Assembly: GCA_045614365.1 (NCBI GenBank)
Contig: JAZLCV010000050.1
Coordinates: forward strand, 1 to 53,115
Length of the DNA stretch: 53,115 bases
Source of the DNA: Eubacteriales bacterium
GTDB taxonomy: Bacteria; Bacillota; Clostridia; Oscillospirales; JAAYXM01
Reading direction: 5' to 3'
Positions within the stretch are counted from its first letter, which is position 1. The number at the start of each line of letters is the position of its first letter. The translations under genes and the position numbers were made by a program. Shown piece after piece: positions 9,212-18,354 of this stretch. The notes beneath the pieces were generated by a model. It did no database searches. It was not told where the DNA came from and saw only the letters and a list, made by a program, of their open reading frames with translations.

Positions 9212-10567
9212 CTACGCCTTTTTGGGGAATTTCTTCGAAATGTGGTGCAGAATAAACGATACGTACGCAAATGCTGCAAAAATAATAAGTGTTTTCAACT
9301 CATTCATAAACGAAATGCCGTAGATCGTTACTGCGATGCACTGGTTCATTTTGTGGCTTGAATATTCCCTGCCCGCATTTATTGCTTCTTTTTCAAAGCC
9401 TTTAATACTGCTGTATATGGATTCAACAAGCGAATCCGCCGCCTTATATACACCGGCATCGGGCGTCTTTGCGGTAATCTTGTTTATCACAAGATTGTTG
9501 TCCATAATTTCTTTTTCGTTTGAAGCCACATAATTGCTGAAGTTCGTTGCCATGACGGACAGCTCGTCAACACCGACCTTTGTTCTTCCCATATAGTATT
9601 TGCCGGACTGATCCCATGTCGGCACGAGAACTATGCGGGTCATTTCCTCGCTGTACATATCAATTGCCTGATTACAAAGGTTATAAGAAGCGTTATTTTT
9701 CTGACGGTCGAAATCAACGTTTCTGTTCTGATACGTCAGTCTGTCTATATAGCCGTTCTTATCCCTGACCACACCGTGCTGAAGGATAAGCGACTTTAAA
9801 TTCTGATTGATCTGAGTTTCCTGAAACTGATAGATTTTACCCGCAATAGAATTGAAGGTACTGTTATTTCCAGTCACAAAGCTCGGGTTTTTCTCAGCCA
9901 TACCGTACAAGTAATTGGTAACTGCCTTCGCCTCTTTGTCAAGGAATGCCACTATATCCATATATTCCATTTTTGCAAAATCCGTTTTTTCTTGGGATAA
10001 ACTGAAATTATCCGTATATTTTTCTATGTAATACTCCTTGTATGCGGCAGTTATCAGCTTGATAACATTTTCCGAATCAAGATGGTCAGTCTCTTTCGAT
10101 GCATGATATTCCACCGCAAACTCCGTGGAAATATGGTACTCAGACTCATCTTCCACACTTCCCTGAACACACGGGTAAACGACAAGGCACTTTTTAAGTT
10201 CTTTCACCGTTACATCTTCAAGAGCACCTTTTCTGATAGCTCTGTCAACAACCTCATCACAGATGATTTCTGCCATATTGTATCTTGTTCCGTTGGAATT
10301 AAGAGCCTGCGATGCTTCGGAATAGTTAAGCGAAATAATTGCGTGAACAGACTTTTTAAGCTCAAAATGATTGAAAATCCCGTACACCATCGTCGTAACA
10401 AAACAAATGAGAATTATCCATGCATTGAAATACTCTGCCGTCTTGAATATCTGCGTTCTTTCTGCGTGATTTACATTTTTGGAACGAAAATATATCAGTA
10501 CTGCCGATACCAAAAACAATACACCGACAATTAAAATGATTAATTTTTGAAGTATTGCTGTAATCAT
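9212..10567 (-). CDS. PCP-like membrane protein of unknown function (two N-terminal helices and one C-terminal helix around a large soluble domain)
   Basis: 451 aa. Hydrophobic helices lie at the N-terminus (LIILIVGVLFLVSAVLIYF; WIILICFVTTMVYGIF) and at the extreme C-terminus (LIIFAAFAYVSFILHHI). The central domain loosely parallels that of the neighbouring PCP (HAIISLNY..., MAEIICDEVVDRAI). This is a by-eye similarity only. Confidence 0.4.
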   Translation of the reverse strand: MITAILQKLIILIVGVLFLVSAVLIYFRSKNVNHAERTQIFKTAEYFNAWIILICFVTTMVYGIFNHFELKKSVHAIISLNYSEASQALNSNGTRYNMAEIICDEVVDRAIRKGALEDVTVKELKKCLVVYPCVQGSVEDESEYHISTEFAVEYHASKETDHLDSENVIKLITAAYKEYYIEKYTDNFSLSQEKTDFAKMEYMDIVAFLDKEAKAVTNYLYGMAEKNPSFVTGNNSTFNSIAGKIYQFQETQINQNLKSLILQHGVVRDKNGYIDRLTYQNRNVDFDRQKNNASYNLCNQAIDMYSEEMTRIVLVPTWDQSGKYYMGRTKVGVDELSVMATNFSNYVASNEKEIMDNNLVINKITAKTPDAGVYKAADSLVESIYSSIKGFEKEAINAGREYSSHKMNQCIAVTIYGISFMNELKTLIIFAAFAYVSFILHHISKKFPKKA

Positions 10568-10587
10568 TTTTCATATCCCTCACAAAA

Positions 10588-11820
10588 TCAGAATTTATTA
10601 ATATCGATTATGACCAGCTCCGGCTGATTATTTATACGAAGAACATTCAGGTTTTCAAGTCCTCCGCTTACAATCAAAGGTCTGCCTGCAACATCATATC
10701 TTCCGTAAACAAAGCTTCCTTTTCTTTCCGGTAGAATTCCGCCCTCATGCGTAAACAGAGGTCCGATCACCGGAATACGCATAAGCCCACCGTGAGTATG
10801 TCCGCAAACCATCAGATCCCCCCAGAACTCAGGTTCAAACTCCTCAAAAATAAACGGTTCGTGCACTGCAGTTATTTTAAGATTATCTGTATTTTCATAA
10901 AGATAATCCGTAAAAGCTTTTTCGGAATATGACCAGAAGGATGACGGATTTGAATTTAAAACACCATAAACATCAACCGTCATAGTTTTTACCGTTATCG
11001 TGTCCTTTTCATTTTTGAGAACTTTCATACCGGTTTCTTCAAGCTTTTTCTCAAAAGAATCGTTAATCTTCAAAAGTGCGGATTCATCGCGGTTATTTTC
11101 TTCAAATCCGAATTTCTTATCAAGATCTTTTTCAACAAACGAGAAACCATAGATACTGTCAACTTCATTGTTTCCATACACATAATATGACGGAGCAATT
11201 CCCGCAAGAGTTCTGCCTAAGTCTATCGCATACTCAGCATCATCCTTGGTTGAATCCACAATATCGCCCGTACAGATTATTACGTCGGGAGCCAAAGCTG
11301 CAACACGGGCGAGAAGCTTTTCGTTGTTTTTCCCGTAAGAAGTTCCGTGTAAATCAGATATCTGAACAACACGTACTGTGCTGTCAACCTTAAGGCTGCT
11401 CACGTTATAAAAAGTTTCCCGGAAATTCCGGTTACCGATATAATTACACATTACAACGATAACAGCTGTTGCAAAACAGACAAATATCATCCCGATAACA
11501 AAAAAATTTGCCGCCTTAACATTCTTTTTTAATTCCGGAGGCTGAGCTTTGCCCGTTTTCTTTTTTTCTATTCTTATGCTCTTTTTATATCCCAATATTG
11601 AATAAATACAAAGCGACAGCGGCTCTTTACATTCTTTTTTGAATTTTTTAATATTATCGGAGCCGTGATAAGTAACCAATACCCGATTTTCATCGGCATA
11701 CTCAATCTCAAACGTATCCGCCCATGTATTATAAAATTCAGCCGATACCAACTGCCTGAAAAACTCTTTAACTCTTTCTGAGCACATTTCCATCTCTTCG
11801 ATATTTGTCCTGTTCTCCAT
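10588..11820 (-). CDS. DnaA-domain-I-like N-terminal domain, TM, calcineurin-like metallophosphoesterase
   Basis: MPE motifs are present: VVQISDLHG, CTGDIVD, YGNNE, VCGHTHGG. One TM (FFVIGMIFVCFATAVIVVMC) is preceded by a Lys-rich stretch. The N-terminal 90 aa (VSAEFYNTW...RVLVTYHGSDNIKKFKKECKEPLSLCIYSILGYKKSIRI) resemble DnaA domain I. The start is set at ATG 11820 (TAAAGG SD); the ORF track extends to 11877. Confidence 0.75.
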   Translation of the reverse strand: MENRTNIEEMEMCSERVKEFFRQLVSAEFYNTWADTFEIEYADENRVLVTYHGSDNIKKFKKECKEPLSLCIYSILGYKKSIRIEKKKTGKAQPPELKKNVKAANFFVIGMIFVCFATAVIVVMCNYIGNRNFRETFYNVSSLKVDSTVRVVQISDLHGTSYGKNNEKLLARVAALAPDVIICTGDIVDSTKDDAEYAIDLGRTLAGIAPSYYVYGNNEVDSIYGFSFVEKDLDKKFGFEENNRDESALLKINDSFEKKLEETGMKVLKNEKDTITVKTMTVDVYGVLNSNPSSFWSYSEKAFTDYLYENTDNLKITAVHEPFIFEEFEPEFWGDLMVCGHTHGGLMRIPVIGPLFTHEGGILPERKGSFVYGRYDVAGRPLIVSGGLENLNVLRINNQPELVIIDINKF

Positions 11821-11839
11821 ATTAAATAAACCTTTACTT

Positions 11840-12958
11840 TTATTTTTCATAAAGCCGGCGCGTTGCCGCTGCAACATCCTGCCAGCTGTATTTGTTTAAA
11901 ATAAACTCATCCGCACCGTTCCTCAGTGCTTCTACCGCAGAGCGGTCATTACACAAAACCTGAAGCTTCTCTGCCAGGTCTTCAATGTTCCCTTTTTTAA
12001 AATACATTGCCTTATGCTCTGCCACCGACGTATTTTCGGGAATATCCGAGCACAAAAGCGCATTTCTGTATGCGAGCGATTCCAAAAGACAAAGGGACAT
12101 GCCTTCAAGGTCTGACGGAAGTACCGTTATATAAGCATTTGAATATATCTCATCCAAAGCTTTTCCCGATATGAAACCCGTAAAAATGATATCGGGGTTA
12201 TCACCGGCTTTTTCTTTAAGCATTCTCACGTAATCATCGGTATCACTTGTATCTCCTGCAATAACAAGCTTTTTATCTGTTTTGATTTTGCTGTATGCAT
12301 CAATGAGGTAGTGAACTCCCTTTTCGGCAGTCAGCCTTGATACAAGACATATATACTCATCTTTCCTAAGGCCGTATTTTTCCGTAATAATTTCCGCGTT
12401 GCGGTTTTCCGGGCGGCTTATTCCGTTGTGGATAATCACAGTTTCGCGATTGTACGTTTCCTTGAAATAATCATGTGCCGCCTGACTTAATACAATGACT
12501 TCATCTGCATATTTTGCAAGAACTTTTTCGCCGAATTTTATATATTTTGACGCAAAGCCCTTTCCCCATTTTTCTCTCTGCCAATCAAGGCCGTGAACCG
12601 TAGCCACACATTTCTTGCCGAAAAGCTTCGGAATCCACAAAGCCGCACACGGCCCCTCTGCATGAAAATGGATAACATCATAATCTTTAAACGATGCCGC
12701 TATCGCCGCGGTGAAGGATGCTATCATTGCGGCAAATCCACGGATATTAAGCGTCCATGCGTTTTTGATTTTTACGCCCTTGTACATCCCGTTCTTCACG
12801 GTTCCCACATATTCGTTTTCAACCTTATCCGAAGAACGGTTATAACACGTGACATCAAGCCCCATTTCAACCAATATCGGGCATAGCGTTGTGAGAACAT
12901 TTTCTATCCCGCCGCGGCGCGAGGGAACAACCTTGTGCCCAATCATAGCAACTTTCAT
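11840..12958 (-). CDS. Glycosyltransferase family 4 with a DUF1972-type N-terminus (WchF/RgpA-like second-sugar transferase type)
   Basis: N-terminus MKVAMIGHKVVPSRRGGIENVL. E-x7-E motif (LEGMSLCLLES). The start is set at ATG 12958, 8 nt after GGAG. The track start at 12967 is a GTG overlapping the SD. Confidence 0.8.
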   Translation of the reverse strand: MKVAMIGHKVVPSRRGGIENVLTTLCPILVEMGLDVTCYNRSSDKVENEYVGTVKNGMYKGVKIKNAWTLNIRGFAAMIASFTAAIAASFKDYDVIHFHAEGPCAALWIPKLFGKKCVATVHGLDWQREKWGKGFASKYIKFGEKVLAKYADEVIVLSQAAHDYFKETYNRETVIIHNGISRPENRNAEIITEKYGLRKDEYICLVSRLTAEKGVHYLIDAYSKIKTDKKLVIAGDTSDTDDYVRMLKEKAGDNPDIIFTGFISGKALDEIYSNAYITVLPSDLEGMSLCLLESLAYRNALLCSDIPENTSVAEHKAMYFKKGNIEDLAEKLQVLCNDRSAVEALRNGADEFILNKYSWQDVAAATRRLYEK

Positions 12959-12978
12959 TTTATTCACTCCAAATCCGA

Positions 12979-13659
12979 TTACCTGCCGGTAGCCGTAAGC
13001 ATAACTATCGGCGTTTTAAGCATTATCTTCAAGTCATTGCGATATGTTCTTGTCTGTATGTATTCTATATCCATTTCTACCCACTGTTCAAACGGAATAT
13101 CATTCCTGTTTTTTGAAATCTGCCACGTGCAAGTTATGCCGGGCGTAACAAGAAGCCTCAGTTTCTGATAATCCGTATAGAACTCTACCTCTCTCGGAAG
13201 AGGCGGTCTCGGCCCGACAAGTGTCATATCTCCCTTTAGAACATTGAAAAACTGCATAAGCTCGTCAAGAGAAACTTTTCTTAAAAATTTCCCGACTCTC
13301 GTTATACGTGGGTCCTCCTTCATTTTGAACACCGGACCGTCCATTTCATTCTGCTTTGCCAGCTGCTCAATCATCTTATCTGCATTGGCACGCATAGTAC
13401 GGAATTTATACATATAAAATTCTTTTCCGTGCCGCCCCACTCTTATCTGTTTGTAAAACGGTCCTGCACTCCTGTCGTCAATCACTATTACAATAGAAAT
13501 CAAAATCATAAGCGGCAGGAAAAACAACAAAATCAATGTTGCAAAAAAGATGTCGAAAAGCCTTTTCTTTTTCCAGTATGAAGCATATGATTTTTCGATG
13601 ATTGCTTCCAGCTTTTCTCTTGTTTTCGCGTCTACCTTTTCTTGCTCGATGTATGGCAT
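12979..13659 (-). CDS. Small (monotopic-type) undecaprenyl-phosphate sugar phosphotransferase, the priming enzyme
   Basis: Bacterial sugar transferase signature: KRLFDIFFATLILLFFLPLMILISIVIVI, YKFRTM, LVGPRPPLPRE. Confidence 0.9.
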   Translation of the reverse strand: MPYIEQEKVDAKTREKLEAIIEKSYASYWKKKRLFDIFFATLILLFFLPLMILISIVIVIDDRSAGPFYKQIRVGRHGKEFYMYKFRTMRANADKMIEQLAKQNEMDGPVFKMKEDPRITRVGKFLRKVSLDELMQFFNVLKGDMTLVGPRPPLPREVEFYTDYQKLRLLVTPGITCTWQISKNRNDIPFEQWVEMDIEYIQTRTYRNDLKIMLKTPIVMLTATGR

Positions 13660-14525
13660 TACAGCACACTTCTTTCTGACATTTTCATTACAGAATCAAA
13701 TTCTGTTTTTCTGTTTTCTGATATATAAAATTTTTTGAACACTACATTTTTATCTTTAAGCCCGGAGCCGTTTTTATCTGTATACCCCGGATGGAACAAC
13801 ACTTCTATATCTCTCTTTTTCTTTTCCGCCGCTCTGATATACCCGGGCAGAATTTTGCTTACCCTTTTTTCATCCATTTTTCCCGAAAAAAGAATTCCGA
13901 AAAATTGCGCTGTTGGTATTTTTCGTTTCTTTGCCTGCTTTTTGTTGAACAGCCATAAGAAATTTAAAAGCCATTGTTTGATAACATTTACCGTACTGTA
14001 TGTAAAATAAAGCGACGGCATTTTTATGTAAGGGAAAATCGGCTCTGCCGGAATTCTTACGTATTCGGGATTGATTTTTTCATCATCCATAACCTTAATC
14101 AACACCCTGAACACAGCGGGAATCATATGTGTATGCTGATGGCTGTCAATGCAAAACGGAGCATCACCGGAAAGCTTTTCTTTCCAGAATGAAATCTGCG
14201 CTTTGATTTCTTTATAAACCTGCTCTTCAAATTTTTTTCTGCGGAAGAAGCTTTGCATCATCAGCCCGGTAAAAGTATGCCTCAGTTTTCCTGTCTTATC
14301 TGCAATAAGCGGAATTTTCTGTGCATTTGCCATACACTTTCCTTCAACAAGGTTGAGATGCAAAGAAACGCGGATATCCTTCCCGTTACGTATTTTCTGC
14401 AGATCCACCTCATCAAAATTCGGAAATACGCTGACCTTATTCAGCGCACCTTTATCAATGCACTGCTGTATATGACCGGAAATTTCTTCACACAGCCCGT
14501 AATCATCTGCACAAAAATATATCAC
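13659..14525 (-). CDS. YdjC/ChbG/HpnK-family carbohydrate deacetylase
   Basis: Motifs: FCADDYGL, HLNLVEG, DSHQHTHM, FHPGY. Its stop overlaps the start of the priming transferase by 1 nt (TAATG). Confidence 0.75.
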   Translation of the reverse strand: MIYFCADDYGLCEEISGHIQQCIDKGALNKVSVFPNFDEVDLQKIRNGKDIRVSLHLNLVEGKCMANAQKIPLIADKTGKLRHTFTGLMMQSFFRRKKFEEQVYKEIKAQISFWKEKLSGDAPFCIDSHQHTHMIPAVFRVLIKVMDDEKINPEYVRIPAEPIFPYIKMPSLYFTYSTVNVIKQWLLNFLWLFNKKQAKKRKIPTAQFFGILFSGKMDEKRVSKILPGYIRAAEKKKRDIEVLFHPGYTDKNGSGLKDKNVVFKKFYISENRKTEFDSVMKMSERSVL

Positions 14526-16093
14526 CTGTACTCACCTTCCGGTCCAAGCTTTATGACTATTGTACCGTCCACTGCCGCCACGCTGTCCTTCGCCGGCCAT
14601 TCCCCCATAGACTGAACCTTCTCGTTTTGCGCAAGCATTCTTTTTTCTTCTCCTGCCAAAAACTCGTAATCCATTTCGCAATAGTCGTGCAATGCACTGC
14701 TAAGCACACTCTGGGCTACCTTTTCATCGTCTGCCCGAAGTATATATCCATCCGTTACTCCGGTAATGTCCGGCGGCAAGTTGGAGCTATAGCGCTCGCT
14801 GTTTTCAAGAGCACCAAGCACAAGAATTTTTTTGCAATCCTCTGCGCCGTCGGTCTGTTCTATACGGTCTGCTATACGCACCAGAACGCCGTAGGATTTT
14901 TCGTATGCAATTTGCGCCTTATGGTAGCTTACATTCGATATAACAATCTGATTTGCTATTATTAACAGTGCTGCCGTAAGCACTGCCCAGCGTTTTATAC
15001 ATATATGCTTTTCGTTTTCGTCCGTTCCTCGTTCATAAAGCACGAGGAAAAAAATATAAAAAACAGAGTATCCCATCAACATAAGATTGTGATAGTCAGC
15101 CGACGGATTTATAAAAGCCAGTGCACCCGCACCAAATACAAGTGCGACGCCTGTTGCAATAACGGCAAAAAGCTCAATGGGTTTTCTGTAAATCTTATTC
15201 TTTACTATATACTTAATATAATAGAAAAACGTAAACAACAAAACAAAAACATTCAGAATAACATATATGCTTATTCCCTTTGAAAAATCAAAAAAGCAAC
15301 TGATAAATGTTTCCTTGATTACATAAAGAGAACTGACTAAATCTACGTTTGACAACGATACCGTCGAATTGATTCCCTGATAATCAAGCAGCTCTGCGGA
15401 AGAAACAGCGAGAATTGCTTTGAGTATGATGCTGTAAAGTATCATACCCGAGATCCCCGCAAGAAGCATACACACGCTTTTTTTCAGAAGGATAAAAAAT
15501 TCTGTGCGCCGGTAAATTATCTGATCGATCAACCAAAGAAGAATCAGCATGATCGTAACGGTTATGTACGCCTGATAAACGCCCACCGACAGCGCGATAA
15601 GCACCACGGAAATAATATATCCGCCTTTTCCTTTGATCATATACAGCGCCGCAAGCGTTGAAAGAAAGAATGCGATACTATAACCGTCTGCCACATAGTT
15701 ATACATCATAACAGATGTAACCGTAGGGAAAGAAACAATTATTGCACCTATTAAAAACGCAGTAATTTTTTCACGGATATTAAGTATCCTGCAGATACAC
15801 ACAGCCCCAAGTGCATGGAACAGAACCGCTATGATTCCGTTTAAAAACGGCAGATCGTAAAAAGAGCTGATGGAACACACAACGGGCAAAAACCATCGTC
15901 CGAGACCAACCATATTCTGCGGATCGTATCTGAACACCAGCGAATCCCAATTCGGAAGCCAGTTTGTTATCTTATACAGATGTGCAATCATCCCAACCGC
16001 AATAGCTGCAAAAAAGCAAACCTTCCATTCCGGCAAAATATATGCATTAAGTTTTTTCAATACCTTTTCAGGCAATATTACCACTCCAACCAT
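14522..16093 (-). CDS. GtrII-like polytopic glycosyltransferase (putative GT-C fold) with a C-terminal extracytoplasmic domain
   Basis: 523 aa with about 10 N-terminal helices and a soluble C-terminal third. The N-terminal pattern AHLYKITNWLPNWDSLVFRYDPQNMVGLGRWFLP recalls the Glucos_trans_II family. It co-occurs in the operon with GtrA and a GtrB-like GT2. Confidence 0.55.
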   Translation of the reverse strand: MVGVVILPEKVLKKLNAYILPEWKVCFFAAIAVGMIAHLYKITNWLPNWDSLVFRYDPQNMVGLGRWFLPVVCSISSFYDLPFLNGIIAVLFHALGAVCICRILNIREKITAFLIGAIIVSFPTVTSVMMYNYVADGYSIAFFLSTLAALYMIKGKGGYIISVVLIALSVGVYQAYITVTIMLILLWLIDQIIYRRTEFFILLKKSVCMLLAGISGMILYSIILKAILAVSSAELLDYQGINSTVSLSNVDLVSSLYVIKETFISCFFDFSKGISIYVILNVFVLLFTFFYYIKYIVKNKIYRKPIELFAVIATGVALVFGAGALAFINPSADYHNLMLMGYSVFYIFFLVLYERGTDENEKHICIKRWAVLTAALLIIANQIVISNVSYHKAQIAYEKSYGVLVRIADRIEQTDGAEDCKKILVLGALENSERYSSNLPPDITGVTDGYILRADDEKVAQSVLSSALHDYCEMDYEFLAGEEKRMLAQNEKVQSMGEWPAKDSVAAVDGTIVIKLGPEGEYR

Positions 16094-16812
16094 TTGAATT
16101 TATGCAAAAATTTTCCGTACAGCTTATTATATAGCTTCACGCCGATAATCCGTTTTATGAACAGCGTTCGTTTTGCAACCGAAGATATCCATGATGCGCA
16201 AAAATGATGTATTGAATAAGTGTTATCGGTTATTTCTTTTCTTCCGGTATAATATTTCATCGGACACAGATAATCTTCAGGCAACATCTGTATTCCCATA
16301 AAGACCTGTTTTTTGTTATCTATGTCCATACCGAGCTTCACCACAACTTTTGTGTTTCTGTCAGGACACGGAGTGAGGTCGTATGTGCCGTCAGGAAGGA
16401 CAAAAGATATTCCGGCATAATCCTCAAGAATCGCCCCGACCAGCTCATTTCCTTTTTCACACGCAAAGCCGAGCCCGGTTGAAATGACTCCATTATCGTC
16501 AAAACCCATATATCCCGATTCAGCGATAAGCTTATCAATAGGTTTTATGAGTTCAACGTCTGTATCAAAATAAATCCCGCCATTGTCATAAAGTATCTTA
16601 AGCCTTGCATAATCACTTACAAAAGCCCATTTCCCGGCTTCATATGCCTCTGCTGCATATCTGTTCTGACTTACATCGAAGTTTTCTTCATTTATACAGA
16701 CTATTTCATAATCAGGACAATGCTTTTTCCAGCTGTTTATGCATTTCTGCGCGAGCTTTGGAAGCTCGTTTTTTCCAAACCAACAATAATAAATCACTTT
16801 AGGAATGCTCAT
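16078..16812 (-). CDS. Glycosyltransferase family 32-like (Gly_transf_sug / OCH1-type DXD enzyme)
   Basis: Motifs: IPKVIYYCWFGKNELP, SDYARLKILYDNGGIYFDTDVEL (DXD). Confidence 0.8.
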   Translation of the reverse strand: MSIPKVIYYCWFGKNELPKLAQKCINSWKKHCPDYEIVCINEENFDVSQNRYAAEAYEAGKWAFVSDYARLKILYDNGGIYFDTDVELIKPIDKLIAESGYMGFDDNGVISTGLGFACEKGNELVGAILEDYAGISFVLPDGTYDLTPCPDRNTKVVVKLGMDIDNKKQVFMGIQMLPEDYLCPMKYYTGRKEITDNTYSIHHFCASWISSVAKRTLFIKRIIGVKLYNKLYGKFLHKFKWLEW

Positions 16813-18314
16813 GTATTTTTCTTCCCCTTATACAATTCAAAAACAGTTTTGAAAGCATCTCTGTTAAACACAAAATTCACAATAAGGAATAACCCTGCAA
16901 TCCATACCGAATGAATAACACCGTTGAGCAACAGCCTTAAAAAGGAAATATTGCTGAATGTATCGACGAAAAACACAACCATAATTACGGCAAAAACCGC
17001 CCAGTTGGAAAACAGAATTTTATATGTACACAGCTGACTTCTTTTCAGTATTTTTCTGTTTGAATAGTAAATTGTAACTATGCTTCGATACACAAGCGCT
17101 GCAATTGTTCCGAGGATTGCTCCGCATATCCCGATATGCATAATTGCCACAACCGATGCCGTTATATTTATCAGCATTTCCCATATTGCGTGAGAACGGG
17201 TTTTTTCAAAATGCCCGGAATACTCAATAATACCGGTTGCGGGGAGCTTTCCGCACGCAAGCAAATTCATTATTACAAACAGTAGCACGAGAAATGCATT
17301 CGTATACTCCGCATCGTTTATTCCGTTTGTGTATATCTGTATCAGCGGCAACAAGAAAACTGCCATAAGCGTATAAATAAGGCAGGTGATCATCACATAA
17401 AACGCTTCATATGCATTGAACAGCTTATCAAATCTTTCTCTGTCTGTATGAAACATCTGTCCCAACGCAAAGGTGAAGGAAGAAACTACGCTTGTTATAA
17501 AATTCTGCACCTGTGAAAAGAATATGTTATATATTGCATAAATACTTACTGCCTTAAAATCACAAAGAACGGAAATAAGTATTATATCGGTATTGTTGAA
17601 CACCATTCCGGAAATCTGATGCACCAGAACTGAATTTTTCTGCGAAATAGCTTTAAAATCCGGCTTTGCCTTTAAATTGAGCCATGTATATCTGCGTTTC
17701 GCGTAAACATATAAAAAAACAAGCTGAACAAGAGCAATTATACAATAAACAAGCTGGATGAGAATAAGGCTGTCTGTAAGCAGAAGAACAAGTATTTTCC
17801 CTGCATTTGAGAGAATCTGAAGCGCGGTTTCCGCGTTATTCAGCACATATTTTCTGCCATCGACCTCCATAAGTATTCTATATTTTGCCTGAACAAAATA
17901 ACTGAACAGCGCCGGAATTGCATTCAATATAATTATAAAAAACAGAACACCGCTGTCTATTGATGTCGGTATCGCAAAAGAATATACGGTTGCAATCACA
18001 AGAACGAGAATAAGGTAAACTATTCCTGTTTTGATATAATACGAATTGGTTGCCGAAAGAACCGAGCTTGCGCCCGCATAATCCTTCTCTCCTATTCTTT
18101 TATACAGAGCCTGCGTTGTGGCAAGACCTACTCCCGCCTCAAGAAGACACATGTAAGTAAAAATCTGCTTTATCGTAGAAAGAACTCCATTTACCTCAGA
18201 ACCGAAATTCTCAAGATACAATCTCGGCAAAAGAAAGCTGAGCGATATAAGTACAACCTGATATACAAGCGACGACACCAAGTTATTCTTAATTCTCGAA
18301 TCTTTACTTTCCAC
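16809..18314 (-). CDS. Wzx-type oligosaccharide flippase (MOP superfamily)
   Basis: Polytopic throughout, about 12-14 helices, with a typical Wzx N-terminus (NLVSSLVYQVVLISLSFLLPRLYL). The start is set at GTG 18314, 7 nt after GGAGG. The track start at 18413 would overlap gtrA by 59 nt. Confidence 0.8.
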   Translation of the reverse strand: MESKDSRIKNNLVSSLVYQVVLISLSFLLPRLYLENFGSEVNGVLSTIKQIFTYMCLLEAGVGLATTQALYKRIGEKDYAGASSVLSATNSYYIKTGIVYLILVLVIATVYSFAIPTSIDSGVLFFIIILNAIPALFSYFVQAKYRILMEVDGRKYVLNNAETALQILSNAGKILVLLLTDSLILIQLVYCIIALVQLVFLYVYAKRRYTWLNLKAKPDFKAISQKNSVLVHQISGMVFNNTDIILISVLCDFKAVSIYAIYNIFFSQVQNFITSVVSSFTFALGQMFHTDRERFDKLFNAYEAFYVMITCLIYTLMAVFLLPLIQIYTNGINDAEYTNAFLVLLFVIMNLLACGKLPATGIIEYSGHFEKTRSHAIWEMLINITASVVAIMHIGICGAILGTIAALVYRSIVTIYYSNRKILKRSQLCTYKILFSNWAVFAVIMVVFFVDTFSNISFLRLLLNGVIHSVWIAGLFLIVNFVFNRDAFKTVFELYKGKKNT

Positions 18315-18354
18315 CTTGCCACCTCCCGCTCTGAAGTAAATAAAGTCTGTCACC

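Noticed and set aside
12548-12562. The string GACGCAAAGCCC, which resembles the core of a GEMM-I c-di-GMP riboswitch. This was tempting given the c-di-GMP theme.
   Set aside because: It lies inside the GT4 coding region on the antisense strand. It lacks the flanking P1/P2 helices and the GNRA-tetraloop/receptor context, and no gene lies downstream of it in that orientation.
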